From Gammaproteobacteria bacterium (GTDB taxonomy: Bacteria; Pseudomonadota; Gammaproteobacteria; DATFLG01): 32,000 nt of DNA. This document shows, in pieces, positions 7,769 through 21,529 of the stretch. How positions within the stretch are numbered: the first letter of the stretch is position 1; every line of letters begins with the position of its first letter. Under the pieces are notes generated by a model that was given only the letters and a program-made list of their open reading frames with translations, made no database searches and was not told the DNA's origin. The position numbers were made by a program, and so were the translations under genes. The stretch spans positions 3,128 to 35,127 of the forward strand of contig DATFLG010000272.1 in NCBI GenBank assembly GCA_035267985.1. Reading direction: 5' to 3'.

Positions 7769-8186
7769 ACGGTCTAGGCACGGTCGTTCCTAGCGCCTCG
7801 ATCGCCTGATGGCACCTCATGTACGGAGGGATCGCCCTGCACTCGGCTGGCGGTGGGACGGCGCCGAACACCTTTTCCGTTAGGCATTGATGAGTGGTCG
7901 AGCCTCGACGACGACGCTCGTCTAGCGGCCCACTCGCAGTAACATCGAAATGCCAAGATAATGAACGACCGCTAGGCGCGGGATGGTTGCGGGCCACATC
8001 GCGTCAAGCGCGGACGTGATCCCAGCTCGCAACTCGGGAGGTACACAGACCATCCACAGCAGCCGTGCCAAGTGTCGCTCAACCGGCGCCTTTGGCATGC
8101 CGTGGGTATGTTTTGCAGCAGGTAGTGTCCAGAATCTTTCGCACTTTTGTCTCGTTGGACACCCGCCAAGATGGCAGCGGCCTCAT

Positions 8187-10016
8187 CTATTCGACGGTCA
8201 CCGACTTCGCCAGATTCCTCGGCTGATCCACGTCCGTGCCCTTGAGCACCGCCACGTGGTAGGCCAGCAGTTGCAGGGGCACGGTGAACACGATGGGGGC
8301 CACGGCATCGCCGGTGGGCGCGACCCCCAGGACCTGCAGGCCGGGGCTGGAAACCATGCCCACGTCCTCGTCGGCGAACACGATGAGCTCGCCCCCCCGG
8401 GCCCTCACTTCCTGAAGGTTGGATTTGAGCTTCTCCAGCAGTTCGTTGTTGGGGGCGACGGCGATCACCGGCATCTCCGCATCCACCAGGGCCAGGGGGC
8501 CGTGCTTCAATTCCCCGGCCGGGTAGCCTTCGGCATGGATGTAGGAGATCTCCTTTAATTTTAGAGCGCCCTCCAAAGCTACCGGAAACTGTGTTCCGCG
8601 CCCCAGGAACAGGGCGTTGTGCTTGTCGGCGAACTCCCGGGCCAGGCATTCGATGGGCTCGTTCAGCTCCAGCACCTTTTCGATGCGCCCCGGCAGGGCG
8701 TGGAGCTCGGCCACCAGCTCGGCCTCCCGCTCGGCAGTCAGGCGGTGCCGGCGCCCCAAAGCGATTGTCAGTAAAAACAGGGCAGTAAGCTGTGTCGTGA
8801 AGGCTTTTGTGGAGGCAACCCCAATTTCAGGGCCTGCCCTTGTCATGAGGCTGAGCTCGGATTCCCGCACCAGGGAGCTTTCCGGGACGTTGCACACCGC
8901 CAGGCTGTGGCCGTAGCCCAGGGACTTGGACACCCGCAGGGCGGCCAGGGTGTCGGCGGTCTCCCCGGACTGGGAGATGGTGACGAACAGGGTGCCGGGC
9001 TGGACCATGGGGCTGCGGTAGCGGAACTCGCTGGCCACCTCCACGGTGCAGGGCACCCGGGCCAGACCCTCGATCCAGTAGCGGGCCACCAGGGCGGCAT
9101 GGTAGCTGGTGCCGCAGGCGACGATCTGTACCGCTTCGGTGGCGTCCAGGATGGCCTTGGCGTCGGGGCCCAGGGCCTCCTCCAGCAGCCGGCCGTCGTG
9201 GATGCGTCCCTCCAGGGTCTCGCTGATGGCCCGGGGCTGCTCGAAGATCTCCTTGAGCATGTAGTGGCGGTAGCCACCGCGCTCCACGGCGTCGGCGTTG
9301 AGCTGGGACAGGCGCTCGGGACGCTCCACCGGCCGGCCGTCCGTGCCGAACAGCCGTACCCCGTCGATGGAGAGGTCTGCCATGTCCCCTTCTTCCAGGA
9401 AGATGAAGCGCTGGGTCACCGGCAGCAGGGCAGGCACGTCCGAGGCGATGAAGGCTTCGCCGATACCCAGGCCCACCACCAGGGGGCTGCCCCGGCGGGC
9501 GGCCACCAGCCGCCCGGGTTCGTCGGTGCTGATCACCCCCAGGGCGTAGGCGCCCTCCAATTCGGCCACCGTGGCCTGGACCGCTGCCAGCAGGTCCTTG
9601 CCGGCCTCCAGGTGATGGTAGACCTGGTGGGCGATGACCTCGGTGTCGGTGTCGGAGGTGAATTCGAAGCCCAGCGCCTTCTGGCGATCGCGGAGGGCGT
9701 CATGGTTCTCGATGATGCCGTTGTGGACCACCGCCACCCGGCTGCGGCACACATGGGGGTGGGCGTTGGCCTCGGAGGGTCGGCCATGGGTGGCCCAGCG
9801 GGTATGGGCGATGCCGGTCTCCCCTTCCAGAGGCCGGGCCGCCAGGGCCTTTTCCAGCTCGGCCACCTTGCCCTGGGTGCGCACCCGCTCCAGGGCGCCG
9901 CCGTCCAGCACCGCCAGGCCCGCCGAATCGTAGCCCCGGTATTCCAGGCGCTTGAGGCCTTCGATGAGAATGGGGGCCACGTCGCGCTGGGCGACCGCTC
10001 CGACTATCCCGCACAT
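8187..10016 (-). CDS. glmS: Glutamine--fructose-6-phosphate aminotransferase
   Basis: 609 aa. The N-terminal nucleophile is MCGIVG, followed by SIS domains, and the C-terminus is the conserved ...[13 protein letters not shown]. Confidence 0.97.
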   Translation of the reverse strand: MCGIVGAVAQRDVAPILIEGLKRLEYRGYDSAGLAVLDGGALERVRTQGKVAELEKALAARPLEGETGIAHTRWATHGRPSEANAHPHVCRSRVAVVHNGIIENHDALRDRQKALGFEFTSDTDTEVIAHQVYHHLEAGKDLLAAVQATVAELEGAYALGVISTDEPGRLVAARRGSPLVVGLGIGEAFIASDVPALLPVTQRFIFLEEGDMADLSIDGVRLFGTDGRPVERPERLSQLNADAVERGGYRHYMLKEIFEQPRAISETLEGRIHDGRLLEEALGPDAKAILDATEAVQIVACGTSYHAALVARYWIEGLARVPCTVEVASEFRYRSPMVQPGTLFVTISQSGETADTLAALRVSKSLGYGHSLAVCNVPESSLVRESELSLMTRAGPEIGVASTKAFTTQLTALFLLTIALGRRHRLTAEREAELVAELHALPGRIEKVLELNEPIECLAREFADKHNALFLGRGTQFPVALEGALKLKEISYIHAEGYPAGELKHGPLALVDAEMPVIAVAPNNELLEKLKSNLQEVRARGGELIVFADEDVGMVSSPGLQVLGVAPTGDAVAPIVFTVPLQLLAYHVAVLKGTDVDQPRNLAKSVTVE

Positions 10017-10087
10017 GGACGCATTCCCTGGTTCACTGTCTCAGCCTCACTCCCTGTAGAGTCGGCGGGCAGACCCGGCCCCTTGAA

Positions 10088-11455
10088 TCAGGTCTTGTCC
10101 TTGGTGGGCCGCTTCCAGCCCTCGCGGGTCTGCTGGGGCGCCCGGCTCAGGGTGAGCTCCCCGGCCGGCGCGTCCCGGGTCACGGTGGAGCCGGCGCCGA
10201 TGGTGGCTCCGGCACCGACCGTCACGGGCGCCACCAGCTGGGTGTCCGAACCGATGAAGGCGTCATCCCCGATCACCGTGCGGTGCTTGTTGGCGCCGTC
10301 GTAGTTGCAGGTGATGGTGCCGGCGCCCACGTTGACGCCCCGGCCGATGGTGGTGTCGCCGATGTAGCTCAGATGGTTGACCTTGGAGCCTTCGCCCACC
10401 TCGGACTTCTTGATCTCCACGAAGTTGCCCACGTGCACGTCGTCCGCCAGGCGGGTACCGGGGCGGATGCGGGCGAAGGGACCGATGCGGGCGCCGGCGC
10501 CGATCTCGGCATCCTCGATGACGCTGTGGGGCAGCACTTCGGCGTCCGGGCCGATGCGCACGTTGCGCAGCACGCAGTTGGGGCCGACGCTTACCCGGTC
10601 ACCGAGCTCGATATCTCCTTCAAGGACGGCATTGACGTCGATGGTCACGTCCCGGCCGGCCGTCAGCGTTCCGCGCAGGTCGAAGCGGGCCGGATCCCGC
10701 AGGGTCACGCCCGCGGCCATCACCGCCTCGGCCTGGTGGCGCTGGTAGTGACGCTCCAGCTCCGCCTGCTGGGCCCGGTTGTTCACGCCCAGGATCTCGG
10801 CCATGGAGTCGGCCGCCACGGTGCGCACGGGGACCGCCTCGGCGGCGGCCATGGCGATGACGTCGGTGAGATAGTACTCCCCCTGGACATTGGCACTGTC
10901 CAGGCGCGTGATCCAGCGCTTGAGGTCTGCGGCCGTGGCGGTGATGAAGCCCGTGTTCACCTCGGTGATGAGCCGCTCGTCCGCGGTGGCGTCCTTCTCC
11001 TCCACGATGCGCACCACACGGCCGGCGTCGTCCCGCAGAATGCGTCCGTAGCCGGCGGGATGGCGCAGGTGGGCGGTGAGCAGACCCAGCCCCTCGTCGC
11101 CGGCCGCCTGGACCAGCCGCTCCAGGGTCGCGGCGCGGATCAGGGGCACGTCCCCGTAGAGCACCAGCACCCGGCCGGCGTCACCGATGGCGGGCAGGGC
11201 CTGGGCCACGGCATGGCCGGTGCCCAGCTGCTCGGCCTGCTCCACCCAGGCCACCTCGTGGCCGGCCAGGGCGGCGCGCACCTGCTCGCCCCCGTGGCCG
11301 TAGACCACGAAGGTGGCCTCGGGCTCCAGGGCCTCGGCGGTCTGGATGACATGGGCCAGCAGGGGCCTGCCGCCTACGGGGTGCAGGACCTTGGGCAGGT
11401 CCGAGTGCATCCGGGTGCCCTGCCCGGCGGCCAGTATGATGATGCTCAATCCCAT
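10088..11455 (-). CDS. glmU: Bifunctional UDP-N-acetylglucosamine pyrophosphorylase / glucosamine-1-phosphate N-acetyltransferase
   Basis: I start at ATG 11455 ([25 protein letters not shown]). The C-terminal half contains left-handed beta-helix hexapeptide repeats. Confidence 0.95.
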   Translation of the reverse strand: MGLSIIILAAGQGTRMHSDLPKVLHPVGGRPLLAHVIQTAEALEPEATFVVYGHGGEQVRAALAGHEVAWVEQAEQLGTGHAVAQALPAIGDAGRVLVLYGDVPLIRAATLERLVQAAGDEGLGLLTAHLRHPAGYGRILRDDAGRVVRIVEEKDATADERLITEVNTGFITATAADLKRWITRLDSANVQGEYYLTDVIAMAAAEAVPVRTVAADSMAEILGVNNRAQQAELERHYQRHQAEAVMAAGVTLRDPARFDLRGTLTAGRDVTIDVNAVLEGDIELGDRVSVGPNCVLRNVRIGPDAEVLPHSVIEDAEIGAGARIGPFARIRPGTRLADDVHVGNFVEIKKSEVGEGSKVNHLSYIGDTTIGRGVNVGAGTITCNYDGANKHRTVIGDDAFIGSDTQLVAPVTVGAGATIGAGSTVTRDAPAGELTLSRAPQQTREGWKRPTKDKT

Positions 11456-11606
11456 GATGCGGCTACCGCGATACCTGTCCTGATCGCGATACGCTACCAC
11501 AGCACCGGAAGGGTAAGAAGACCGCTGATGGGGAGCCGCGCCGGCTGGGCGGGGGCGTCATCTTCTCCGCCCCCTGAGCGCCTCCCTCCACGGCAGGCGC
11601 GCGGGG

Positions 11607-12032
11607 TCAGGCGCGGCGCCGGTCGCGCAGCTTCTGGATGGTGCGCAGCTGGGCGACGGCCTCGGCCAGCTCGGCCTGGGCGCGCGCATAGTCAAAGTCC
11701 GACCGGCGGTCGGCCAGCTGGCGCTCGGCCTGCTCCTTGGCCTGCAGGGCCGCCGCCTCGTCCAGGTCCCGGGCCCGCATGGCGGTGTCGGCCAGCACGG
11801 TCACCACATGGGGCTGGACCTCCAGGATGCCCCCCGAGACGAAGAACATCTGTTCCTGGCCTTCGGCGGTCTGCACCCGCACCTCGCCGGGCCTGAGCCG
11901 GGTCAGCAGGGCGCTATGGCGGGGCGTGATGCCCACATCCCCCATCTCGGCGGGGGCGAACACCATCGTGACCGTGCCCGAGAAGATCTCGGACTCGGCG
12001 CTGACGATGTCGCAGTGCATGGTCATGGCCAT
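11607..12032 (-). CDS. atpC: F0F1 ATP synthase subunit epsilon
   Basis: 141 aa. The N-terminus (CDIVSAESEIFSGTV...) and the position after atpD are typical. Confidence 0.93.
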   Translation of the reverse strand: MAMTMHCDIVSAESEIFSGTVTMVFAPAEMGDVGITPRHSALLTRLRPGEVRVQTAEGQEQMFFVSGGILEVQPHVVTVLADTAMRARDLDEAAALQAKEQAERQLADRRSDFDYARAQAELAEAVAQLRTIQKLRDRRRA

Positions 12033-12081
12033 AACTGTACCTCAAAACAGCCGCGTTCACCGCAGCCCGGGGCTTGCGGGT

Positions 12082-14413
<2,332 letters not shown>

Positions 14414-14480
14414 TGCTACGTGCCTGTCGTTGGGGGGCGTCCGGCGGCGGGCCGCCGGCTGTGCTCAGGATGCCCCTGCA

Positions 14481-16022
<1,542 letters not shown>

Positions 16023-16036
16023 AAACTTTGTCCTCT

Positions 16037-16573
16037 TCAGTGACTGAGGGCGCTGCCCAGTCGGGCCAGCCTGCCCCGCACCGAACCGTCGATAACCAGA
16101 TCGCCCGCGCGGATGACGGCGCCGCCCAGCAGCGTCTCGTCCACCCGGCTCTCGAGCTGCACCTCGCGGCCCAGGCGCCGCTTGAGGGCCTCGCTCACCG
16201 CCCTGGCCTGAGCGTCGCTCACCGGCTGGGCGCTGATCAGCTCGGCCTGCACCGCGCCCTCGGCCTCGCTGCGCATCTGATCGTAGAGCCGTGCGATCTC
16301 CGGCAGGGTGGTCAGGCGCCGGTTGTGCGCCAGCAGGCGCACCGTATTGCGCCCGGTATCGTCCAGAGCGTCGCCGGCGATCTCCACGAACAGGTCGGCG
16401 AGCTGGCTCTCGGTGAGCCGCGGGTTGTCGATGAGGGCGCCCAGCTGCGGATCGACCGCGATGGCCGCCAGCAGGTTCAGGGTCTCGGACCAGGGCGCCA
16501 GACGGTCCTGCTCGCGGGCCAGCTCGAAGATGGCCTGGGCGTAGGGGCGTGCGATGGTGGTCAGTTCAGCCAT
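16037..16573 (-). CDS. atpH: F0F1 ATP synthase subunit delta
   Basis: 178 aa starting [19 protein letters not shown], positioned between atpF and atpA. Confidence 0.92.
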   Translation of the reverse strand: MAELTTIARPYAQAIFELAREQDRLAPWSETLNLLAAIAVDPQLGALIDNPRLTESQLADLFVEIAGDALDDTGRNTVRLLAHNRRLTTLPEIARLYDQMRSEAEGAVQAELISAQPVSDAQARAVSEALKRRLGREVQLESRVDETLLGGAVIRAGDLVIDGSVRGRLARLGSALSH

Positions 16574-16583
16574 GGCAGTGCCC

Positions 16584-17057
16584 CTAGATCTGCGCGACCA
16601 GCTTGTTGAGCAGCTCGCTGTGGGCCTTCTCGTCGATCTCCCGCTCCAGGATCTTCTCCGCCCCGGACACGGCCAGGCCGGCCACCTGGGAGCGCAGCTC
16701 CTCCTTGACCCGGTTCAGCTCCTGGTCGATCTCGGCGCGGGCGGCCGCCAGCAGGCGGTCGCCTTCGCTGCGGGCATCGGCCTTGGCCTCCTCGACGATC
16801 TCGGTGGCGCGTTTCTCGGCCCGGGAAATGATCTCGGCAGCCTGGCCCTTTGCTTCGTGAAGCAATTCCGTGGCCCGGTCTTCGGCCAGCTGCTGCTCAT
16901 GCCGGCCGCGCTCGGCGGCGGCCAGGCCATCGGCGATGCGCTGCTGACGGTTCTCCATCATCTGGAGCATGGGGCCCCAGAGGAAGCGTTTCACGAACCA
17001 TACCAGCAGCGCGAACGTGATGATCTGGCCCAGCAGTGTAAGGATGCTGACACTCAC
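16584..17057 (-). CDS. atpF: F0F1 ATP synthase subunit b
   Basis: 157 aa with a single N-terminal TM helix followed by a long charged helix. Confidence 0.92.
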   Translation of the reverse strand: MSVSILTLLGQIITFALLVWFVKRFLWGPMLQMMENRQQRIADGLAAAERGRHEQQLAEDRATELLHEAKGQAAEIISRAEKRATEIVEEAKADARSEGDRLLAAARAEIDQELNRVKEELRSQVAGLAVSGAEKILEREIDEKAHSELLNKLVAQI

Positions 17058-17110
17058 GTTCGGACTCCTTCGTTAGAGCGTTGCAGATAAGGAAGTCGGG
17101 TGAGTGACGA

Positions 17111-17407
17111 TCAGCCCCCGGCGGCCTTCGCGACGGCGTTGGCGGCGGCGCTCACAAAGGGATTCGCGAAAATGAACCACATGGAGATACCCAGCACGAT
17201 CATCGGGAAAGCCTCCATCAGACCGCCGGTGAACAGCATCTGGCCCATGAGCTGCGGGCGCATCTCGGGCTGGCGGGCGATGCCCTCGATGTACTTGGAG
17301 CAGATCATGCCCCAACCCAGTGCCGAACCCAGCCCCGCGGCGGCCAGGATGATGCCCACGCCCATCGCCGTGTAGCTGTAGATGGTTGCGATCATGTCCG
17401 GAGTCAT
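17111..17407 (-). CDS. atpE: F0F1 ATP synthase subunit c
   Basis: 98-aa hairpin proteolipid with the loop motif ARQPE and the TM2 carboxylate in GGLMEAFPMI. GAGGAG lies upstream of the ATG at 17407. It carries an Ala-rich C-terminal tail. Confidence 0.9.
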   Translation of the reverse strand: MTPDMIATIYSYTAMGVGIILAAAGLGSALGWGMICSKYIEGIARQPEMRPQLMGQMLFTGGLMEAFPMIVLGISMWFIFANPFVSAAANAVAKAAGG

Positions 17408-17468
17408 GGTGACGTTCTCCTCGAGTTGTGCCGTTTCGTGAATAGAAAAACCGGGGGCCGCGCGCCCA

Positions 17469-18278
17469 TCAGTGCTCGTCCTGGTGCGCGAGCGCCAGGT
17501 ACACGATGGTCAACAGCATGAATATGAAGGCCTGCAGAGTGATCACCAGTATGTGGAAGATCGACCAGAGCATGCCCAGGGTTATTTCGAAAGGCAGCAT
17601 GTACCAGGCAAAGCCCAGCAGGGCGATGAGCATGAACAGCAGCTCGCCGGCGAACATGTTGCCGAAAAGACGCAGCGCCAGGCTGACTGGCTTGGCGATC
17701 TCCTCGATGGCGGTCATCACCACGTTGATCGGGAACAGGAACGGGCCGAACGGGTGGGTCAGAAACATCTTGATGTAGCCCACCGGGCCGCGCACCTTGA
17801 TGTTGTAGTAGATGATCAGGGCGAACACGGTCAGGGCCATGGCGAAGGTGGTGGCCAGGTCCGTGGTGGGCACCACCCGCAGGTGATTGCCGCCCAGGGC
17901 CTGGGCGGTCGTGGGCAGCAGATCCACGGGGATCAGGTCCATGAAGTTCATCAGCCAGACCCACACGAAGATGGTGAGCCCCAGGGGGCCGATGAGAGGG
18001 TTCCTGCCCGGGAAGATGTCGCGGACCTGCTGGTCCACGAACTCCACCATGGCTTCCAGGAAATTCTGCAGGCCGCCGGGCTTGTCCTCCCTGAGACTGC
18101 GCCCGATCTTCCAGCTCACCCAGATCATCAGGCCGGCCAGCAGCCAGCTGAAGAGCATGGTATCCAGGTGCAGGGTCCAGATGCCGTGGCCGACCTGCCA
18201 GTTGTGAAGGTGGTGCTGAATGTACTCAACGGGGTTGAGGCCGCCCCCGCCGGCCTGCGGCGCTGCTGATTCGCTCAC
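17469..18278 (-). CDS. atpB: F0F1 ATP synthase subunit a
   Basis: 269-aa polytopic membrane protein with the conserved LALRLFGNMFAGE motif. Confidence 0.95.
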   Translation of the reverse strand: MSESAAPQAGGGGLNPVEYIQHHLHNWQVGHGIWTLHLDTMLFSWLLAGLMIWVSWKIGRSLREDKPGGLQNFLEAMVEFVDQQVRDIFPGRNPLIGPLGLTIFVWVWLMNFMDLIPVDLLPTTAQALGGNHLRVVPTTDLATTFAMALTVFALIIYYNIKVRGPVGYIKMFLTHPFGPFLFPINVVMTAIEEIAKPVSLALRLFGNMFAGELLFMLIALLGFAWYMLPFEITLGMLWSIFHILVITLQAFIFMLLTIVYLALAHQDEH

Positions 18279-18368
18279 TGCACTGCTCCCACAAGACTTG
18301 TCGCCAGGCCGTGCCCCACCGACACGACCGAACCAAAACTGTTTGCCGGCCCGGGCGGCGCAGCGGCC

Positions 18369-18728
18369 TCAGACCGGGGAATCCGATGCGCCGCGGGCGG
18401 CGATCAGGTAGCCGGCCTGGGCCGCGGCGAAAGCCAGCAGCAGGGGCAGGGGCGGCAGGTGCAGCACGCCCATGCCCAGGCCGAAGCCGGCCAGGGTAAA
18501 CACGAACCGTTCCACGGCGCCGAAGTACAGGGTGAGGGTCCCGCGCGCTGCGCTCGCCTCCGCCGCCTTGCCCGCGCGCTGCACTCGCAGGCCCAGTAAT
18601 AAGGTGTTGACCAGGGCGATGCCCCCGCCGAAGAGCGCAGCGGGTACCGCCGGCTGCCGGCCCAGAACCAGGTAGGCCCCGGCCACCGCAGCCACCACAA
18701 CAGCCTGTATTATCAATAACTTACGCAT
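18369..18728 (-). CDS. atpI: ATP synthase protein I
   Basis: I start at ATG 18728 (MRKLLIIQAVVVAAV...). The 119-aa hydrophobic protein sits directly upstream of atpB. Confidence 0.75.
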   Translation of the reverse strand: MRKLLIIQAVVVAAVAGAYLVLGRQPAVPAALFGGGIALVNTLLLGLRVQRAGKAAEASAARGTLTLYFGAVERFVFTLAGFGLGMGVLHLPPLPLLLAFAAAQAGYLIAARGASDSPV

Positions 18729-18874
18729 ACCGCTCGCGGTCACTCGGCGCTTTCGGGCGCCCGCAGGCACCCTCACGCCGGGTCGCGTGCGGCAGACGGC
18801 GATCGAATCGGTTCCCGCAGCATGCCCGGGCGGCCTCTGACGGGCCACCTGCGGCCACCTTCGTCGGGGCGCGC

Positions 18875-18903
18875 AGTATAAAGACTCCATCTGCCAGGGT
18901 CAA
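18875..18903 (-). promoter_or_regulatory. Candidate sigma-70 promoter of the atp operon
   Basis: The minus strand reads TTGACC (18903-18898), a 17-nt spacer, then TATACT (18880-18875). This lies about 150 nt upstream of atpI. Confidence 0.5.
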
Positions 18904-18982
18904 TGATGGCGGGATAAGGATAGGTTATAACTTCGTGTTTTCCGTCTCTTGGGGCCGGTTTTAGACGAAGTCTTACTGGCAG

Positions 18983-19858
18983 CTAACGGATTCTTTCCAG
19001 AATGCCGTCCAGCTCGTCCAGGCTGGTGTAGCGGATCACCAGGCGACCCTTGCCGCCGGCGCTGTGCTGGATCTGCACCCCCGCCCCCAGGCGGTCGGCG
19101 AGGGTCTGCTCCAGGCGGCGGATATCCGGGTCCGCCTTGGGTGCCGCCGGCGCCGGCTTGCGGCCCGAGGACTCCAGGCGCTTGACCAGCCGTTCGGTTT
19201 CCCGCACCGACAGCCCCTTGGCCACCACCTCCCGGGCCGCTGTGCTCTGGGCACCGGCCCGCAGGGAGAGCAACGCACGGGCGTGGCCCATTTCCAGCTC
19301 TCCATGCTCCACCAGGGCCTTGACGTCGTCGTTGAGCTCCAACAGGCGCAGCAGGTTGGTCACGGCGGTGCGCGAGCGGCCCACGGCATCCGCGGCCTGC
19401 TGGTGGGTCATTTCGAATTCGCCGATCAGCCGCTCCAGGGCCCGGGCTTCCTCCAGGGGATTGAGATTCTCCCGCTGGATGTTCTCGATCAGGGCCATGG
19501 CAATGGCCGCCTGGTCGGGCACGTCGCGCACCACCGCCGGCACCTCGTGCAGCCCGGCCAGCTGCGCGGCCCGCCAGCGGCGCTCCCCGGCGATGATCTC
19601 GTAGCGCTCGGCGCCGATGGGGCGCACCACAATGGGCTGCACCACCCCCTGGGCCCGGATGGAGTCCGCCAGGTCCTGCAGGGTATCGGTGTGCATGTCC
19701 AGGCGCGGCTGGTACTTGCCCCGCTGGATCACGTCCACCGGCAGCCGGCGCAGCTCCCCCTCGGTGACGGCCCCCTGGCCCTCGCGGCCGGCGGGGGCGC
19801 CACTGTTGCTGAGGAGGGCTTCCAGGCCTCGCCCGAGGCCGCGCTTCTTGACTGCCAT
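18983..19858 (-). CDS. parB: Chromosome partitioning protein ParB (Spo0J)
   Basis: 291 aa starting MAVKKRGLGRGLEALLS, with the ParB box IAGERRWRAAQLAG and an HTH region. Confidence 0.96.
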   Translation of the reverse strand: MAVKKRGLGRGLEALLSNSGAPAGREGQGAVTEGELRRLPVDVIQRGKYQPRLDMHTDTLQDLADSIRAQGVVQPIVVRPIGAERYEIIAGERRWRAAQLAGLHEVPAVVRDVPDQAAIAMALIENIQRENLNPLEEARALERLIGEFEMTHQQAADAVGRSRTAVTNLLRLLELNDDVKALVEHGELEMGHARALLSLRAGAQSTAAREVVAKGLSVRETERLVKRLESSGRKPAPAAPKADPDIRRLEQTLADRLGAGVQIQHSAGGKGRLVIRYTSLDELDGILERIR

Positions 19859-19903
19859 AACTGTTGCCGGTCGCTGAGTGGGAGGTGAATCGGGTCCCGA
19901 AGG

Positions 19904-20716
19904 CTATTGAACGGGGCTTTGGGTTTCAGCCGCAGGGACCGGCTCGTCGGCGCCGCCTGCACGCCGGATCATTTCGCCGGCCAGCGCCAGGTAGGCGAGG
20001 GCGCCGCGGGATGACCTATCATAGCCCAAAACCGGCAGCCCATGGCTGGGGGCCTCCGCCAGGCGCACGTTGCGCGGCACCACGGTGCGGTAGACCTGAT
20101 CCCCGAAGTGGGTCAGCAGCTGCGCGGCCACCTCGTTGGCCAGGTTGTTGCGCGCATCGAACATGGTGCGCAGCAAGCCCTCGGTGTGAAGATGCGGATT
20201 CACCGTGGCACGGATATGCTCGACGGTCTCCAGCAGCGCGGTCAGCCCTTCCAGGGCGTAGTACTCGCACTGGATGGGAATGAGCACCCCGTCAGCGGCC
20301 GCCAGCGCATTGATGGTGAGCATGTTCAGGGCCGGTGGACAATCGATGAGGATGAAGTCGTACTCGTCCCGGATCGCTCCCAGGGCGTCGCCCAGCCGGC
20401 GTTCCCGGTTCGGAGCGTTCATGAGCTGGACCTCGGCCGCGGTCAGATCGCTGTTGCCGGGCAGCAGCCAGTAGCCGGCGGCTTCGGCATGGACGATCGC
20501 TTCCCGCGCGCTGCGCTCCCCCAGCAGCACGTCGCAGCCGCTCATCTCCACCTCGTGTTTGTTCACGCCGCTGCCCATGGTGGCGTTGCCCTGGGGATCC
20601 AGGTCCACCACCAGCACCCGCCGGCGGGTGACGGCCAGGGAAGCCGCCAGATTCACGCAGGTGGTGGTCTTGCCCACCCCGCCCTTCTGATTGGTGATCG
20701 CGATGATCCTGCCCAT
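19904..20716 (-). CDS. parA: Chromosome partitioning ATPase ParA (Soj)
   Basis: I start at ATG 20716 (MGRIIAITNQKGGVGKTTT, a deviant Walker A). Confidence 0.95.
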   Translation of the reverse strand: MGRIIAITNQKGGVGKTTTCVNLAASLAVTRRRVLVVDLDPQGNATMGSGVNKHEVEMSGCDVLLGERSAREAIVHAEAAGYWLLPGNSDLTAAEVQLMNAPNRERRLGDALGAIRDEYDFILIDCPPALNMLTINALAAADGVLIPIQCEYYALEGLTALLETVEHIRATVNPHLHTEGLLRTMFDARNNLANEVAAQLLTHFGDQVYRTVVPRNVRLAEAPSHGLPVLGYDRSSRGALAYLALAGEMIRRAGGADEPVPAAETQSPVQ

Positions 20717-20831
20717 GACACATCCCCGCACGCCGACCCGGGCCGTGCGCTGAAGAAGCCGATGACTGACGATTCTGCCACAGACGGCGGCCCCGGGCCG
20801 AGAAACTTGGGCCGGGGCGCTATCGCGCGGC

Positions 20832-21461
20832 TCAGGCGGGATGCGGTGCCATGATCACCAGATGGCGCTGGGCATCCAGGTCCGGCACGTGCAGGGGAAT
20901 CACTTTGTGCACCACGGAGCGGTCCGCCAGGGCCTCCATCTCGGCCACCGGATAGACCCCCTTCATGGCCAGAATCAGGCCCTCCGGGGAACACAGACGT
21001 GCCGCTTCCCGGTAGATGTCCCCGAGGGAGGAGAAAGCCCGGGTGACGACGGTGTCGAAGGGCTGCTCCGGCCCGTAGGCCTCCAGCCGGGTATGGACCA
21101 CCTCCACGTTGTCCAGGCCCAGATCGGCGACCGCCTGCTGGACAAAGCGTGTCTTCTTTCCGCTGCTGTCCAGCAGCACGAACTGCCAATCGGGACGGGC
21201 CACGGCCAGGGGAATGCCGGGCAGACCGGCACCGGTGCCCACGTCCAGTACCCGGGGCCCGTGCACGTAGTGCAGCACCGCGAGGCTGTCCAGAACATGG
21301 CGGCCGATCATGTCCTGGGGCTTGCGCACCGAAGTGAGGTTGTAGACCCGGTTCCACTTGGTGAGCAGGCCGATGAAGCGCAGCAGGCTGTGCTGCATGT
21401 CCTCGCTCAGTGACAGGTCCAGGGCCTTCAGACCGCGGTCCAGCATCGCTTCCATTGCCAT
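20832..21461 (-). CDS. rsmG: 16S rRNA (guanine527-N7)-methyltransferase
   Basis: I start at ATG 21461 (MAMEAMLDRGL...), because the longer ORF would run into mnmG. It has the SAM motif VLDVGTGAGLPGIPLA. Confidence 0.9.
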   Translation of the reverse strand: MAMEAMLDRGLKALDLSLSEDMQHSLLRFIGLLTKWNRVYNLTSVRKPQDMIGRHVLDSLAVLHYVHGPRVLDVGTGAGLPGIPLAVARPDWQFVLLDSSGKKTRFVQQAVADLGLDNVEVVHTRLEAYGPEQPFDTVVTRAFSSLGDIYREAARLCSPEGLILAMKGVYPVAEMEALADRSVVHKVIPLHVPDLDAQRHLVIMAPHPA

Positions 21462-21529
21462 TGTGCGCTCCCTTGGCGTTGCGGATCCCGGGCGGGGCCG
21501 CGCGGCCACACCCGGGGCCGGCGCGCCAT

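Noticed and set aside
7647-7997. A 116-aa minus-strand ORF just inside the putative element end, containing PSGRS, reminiscent of the TnsA N-terminal SSGRS segment.
   Set aside because: The similarity is a 5-residue coincidence and the rest of the translation shows no TnsA or endonuclease motifs. The ORF also runs into the start of the 393-aa gene in another frame.
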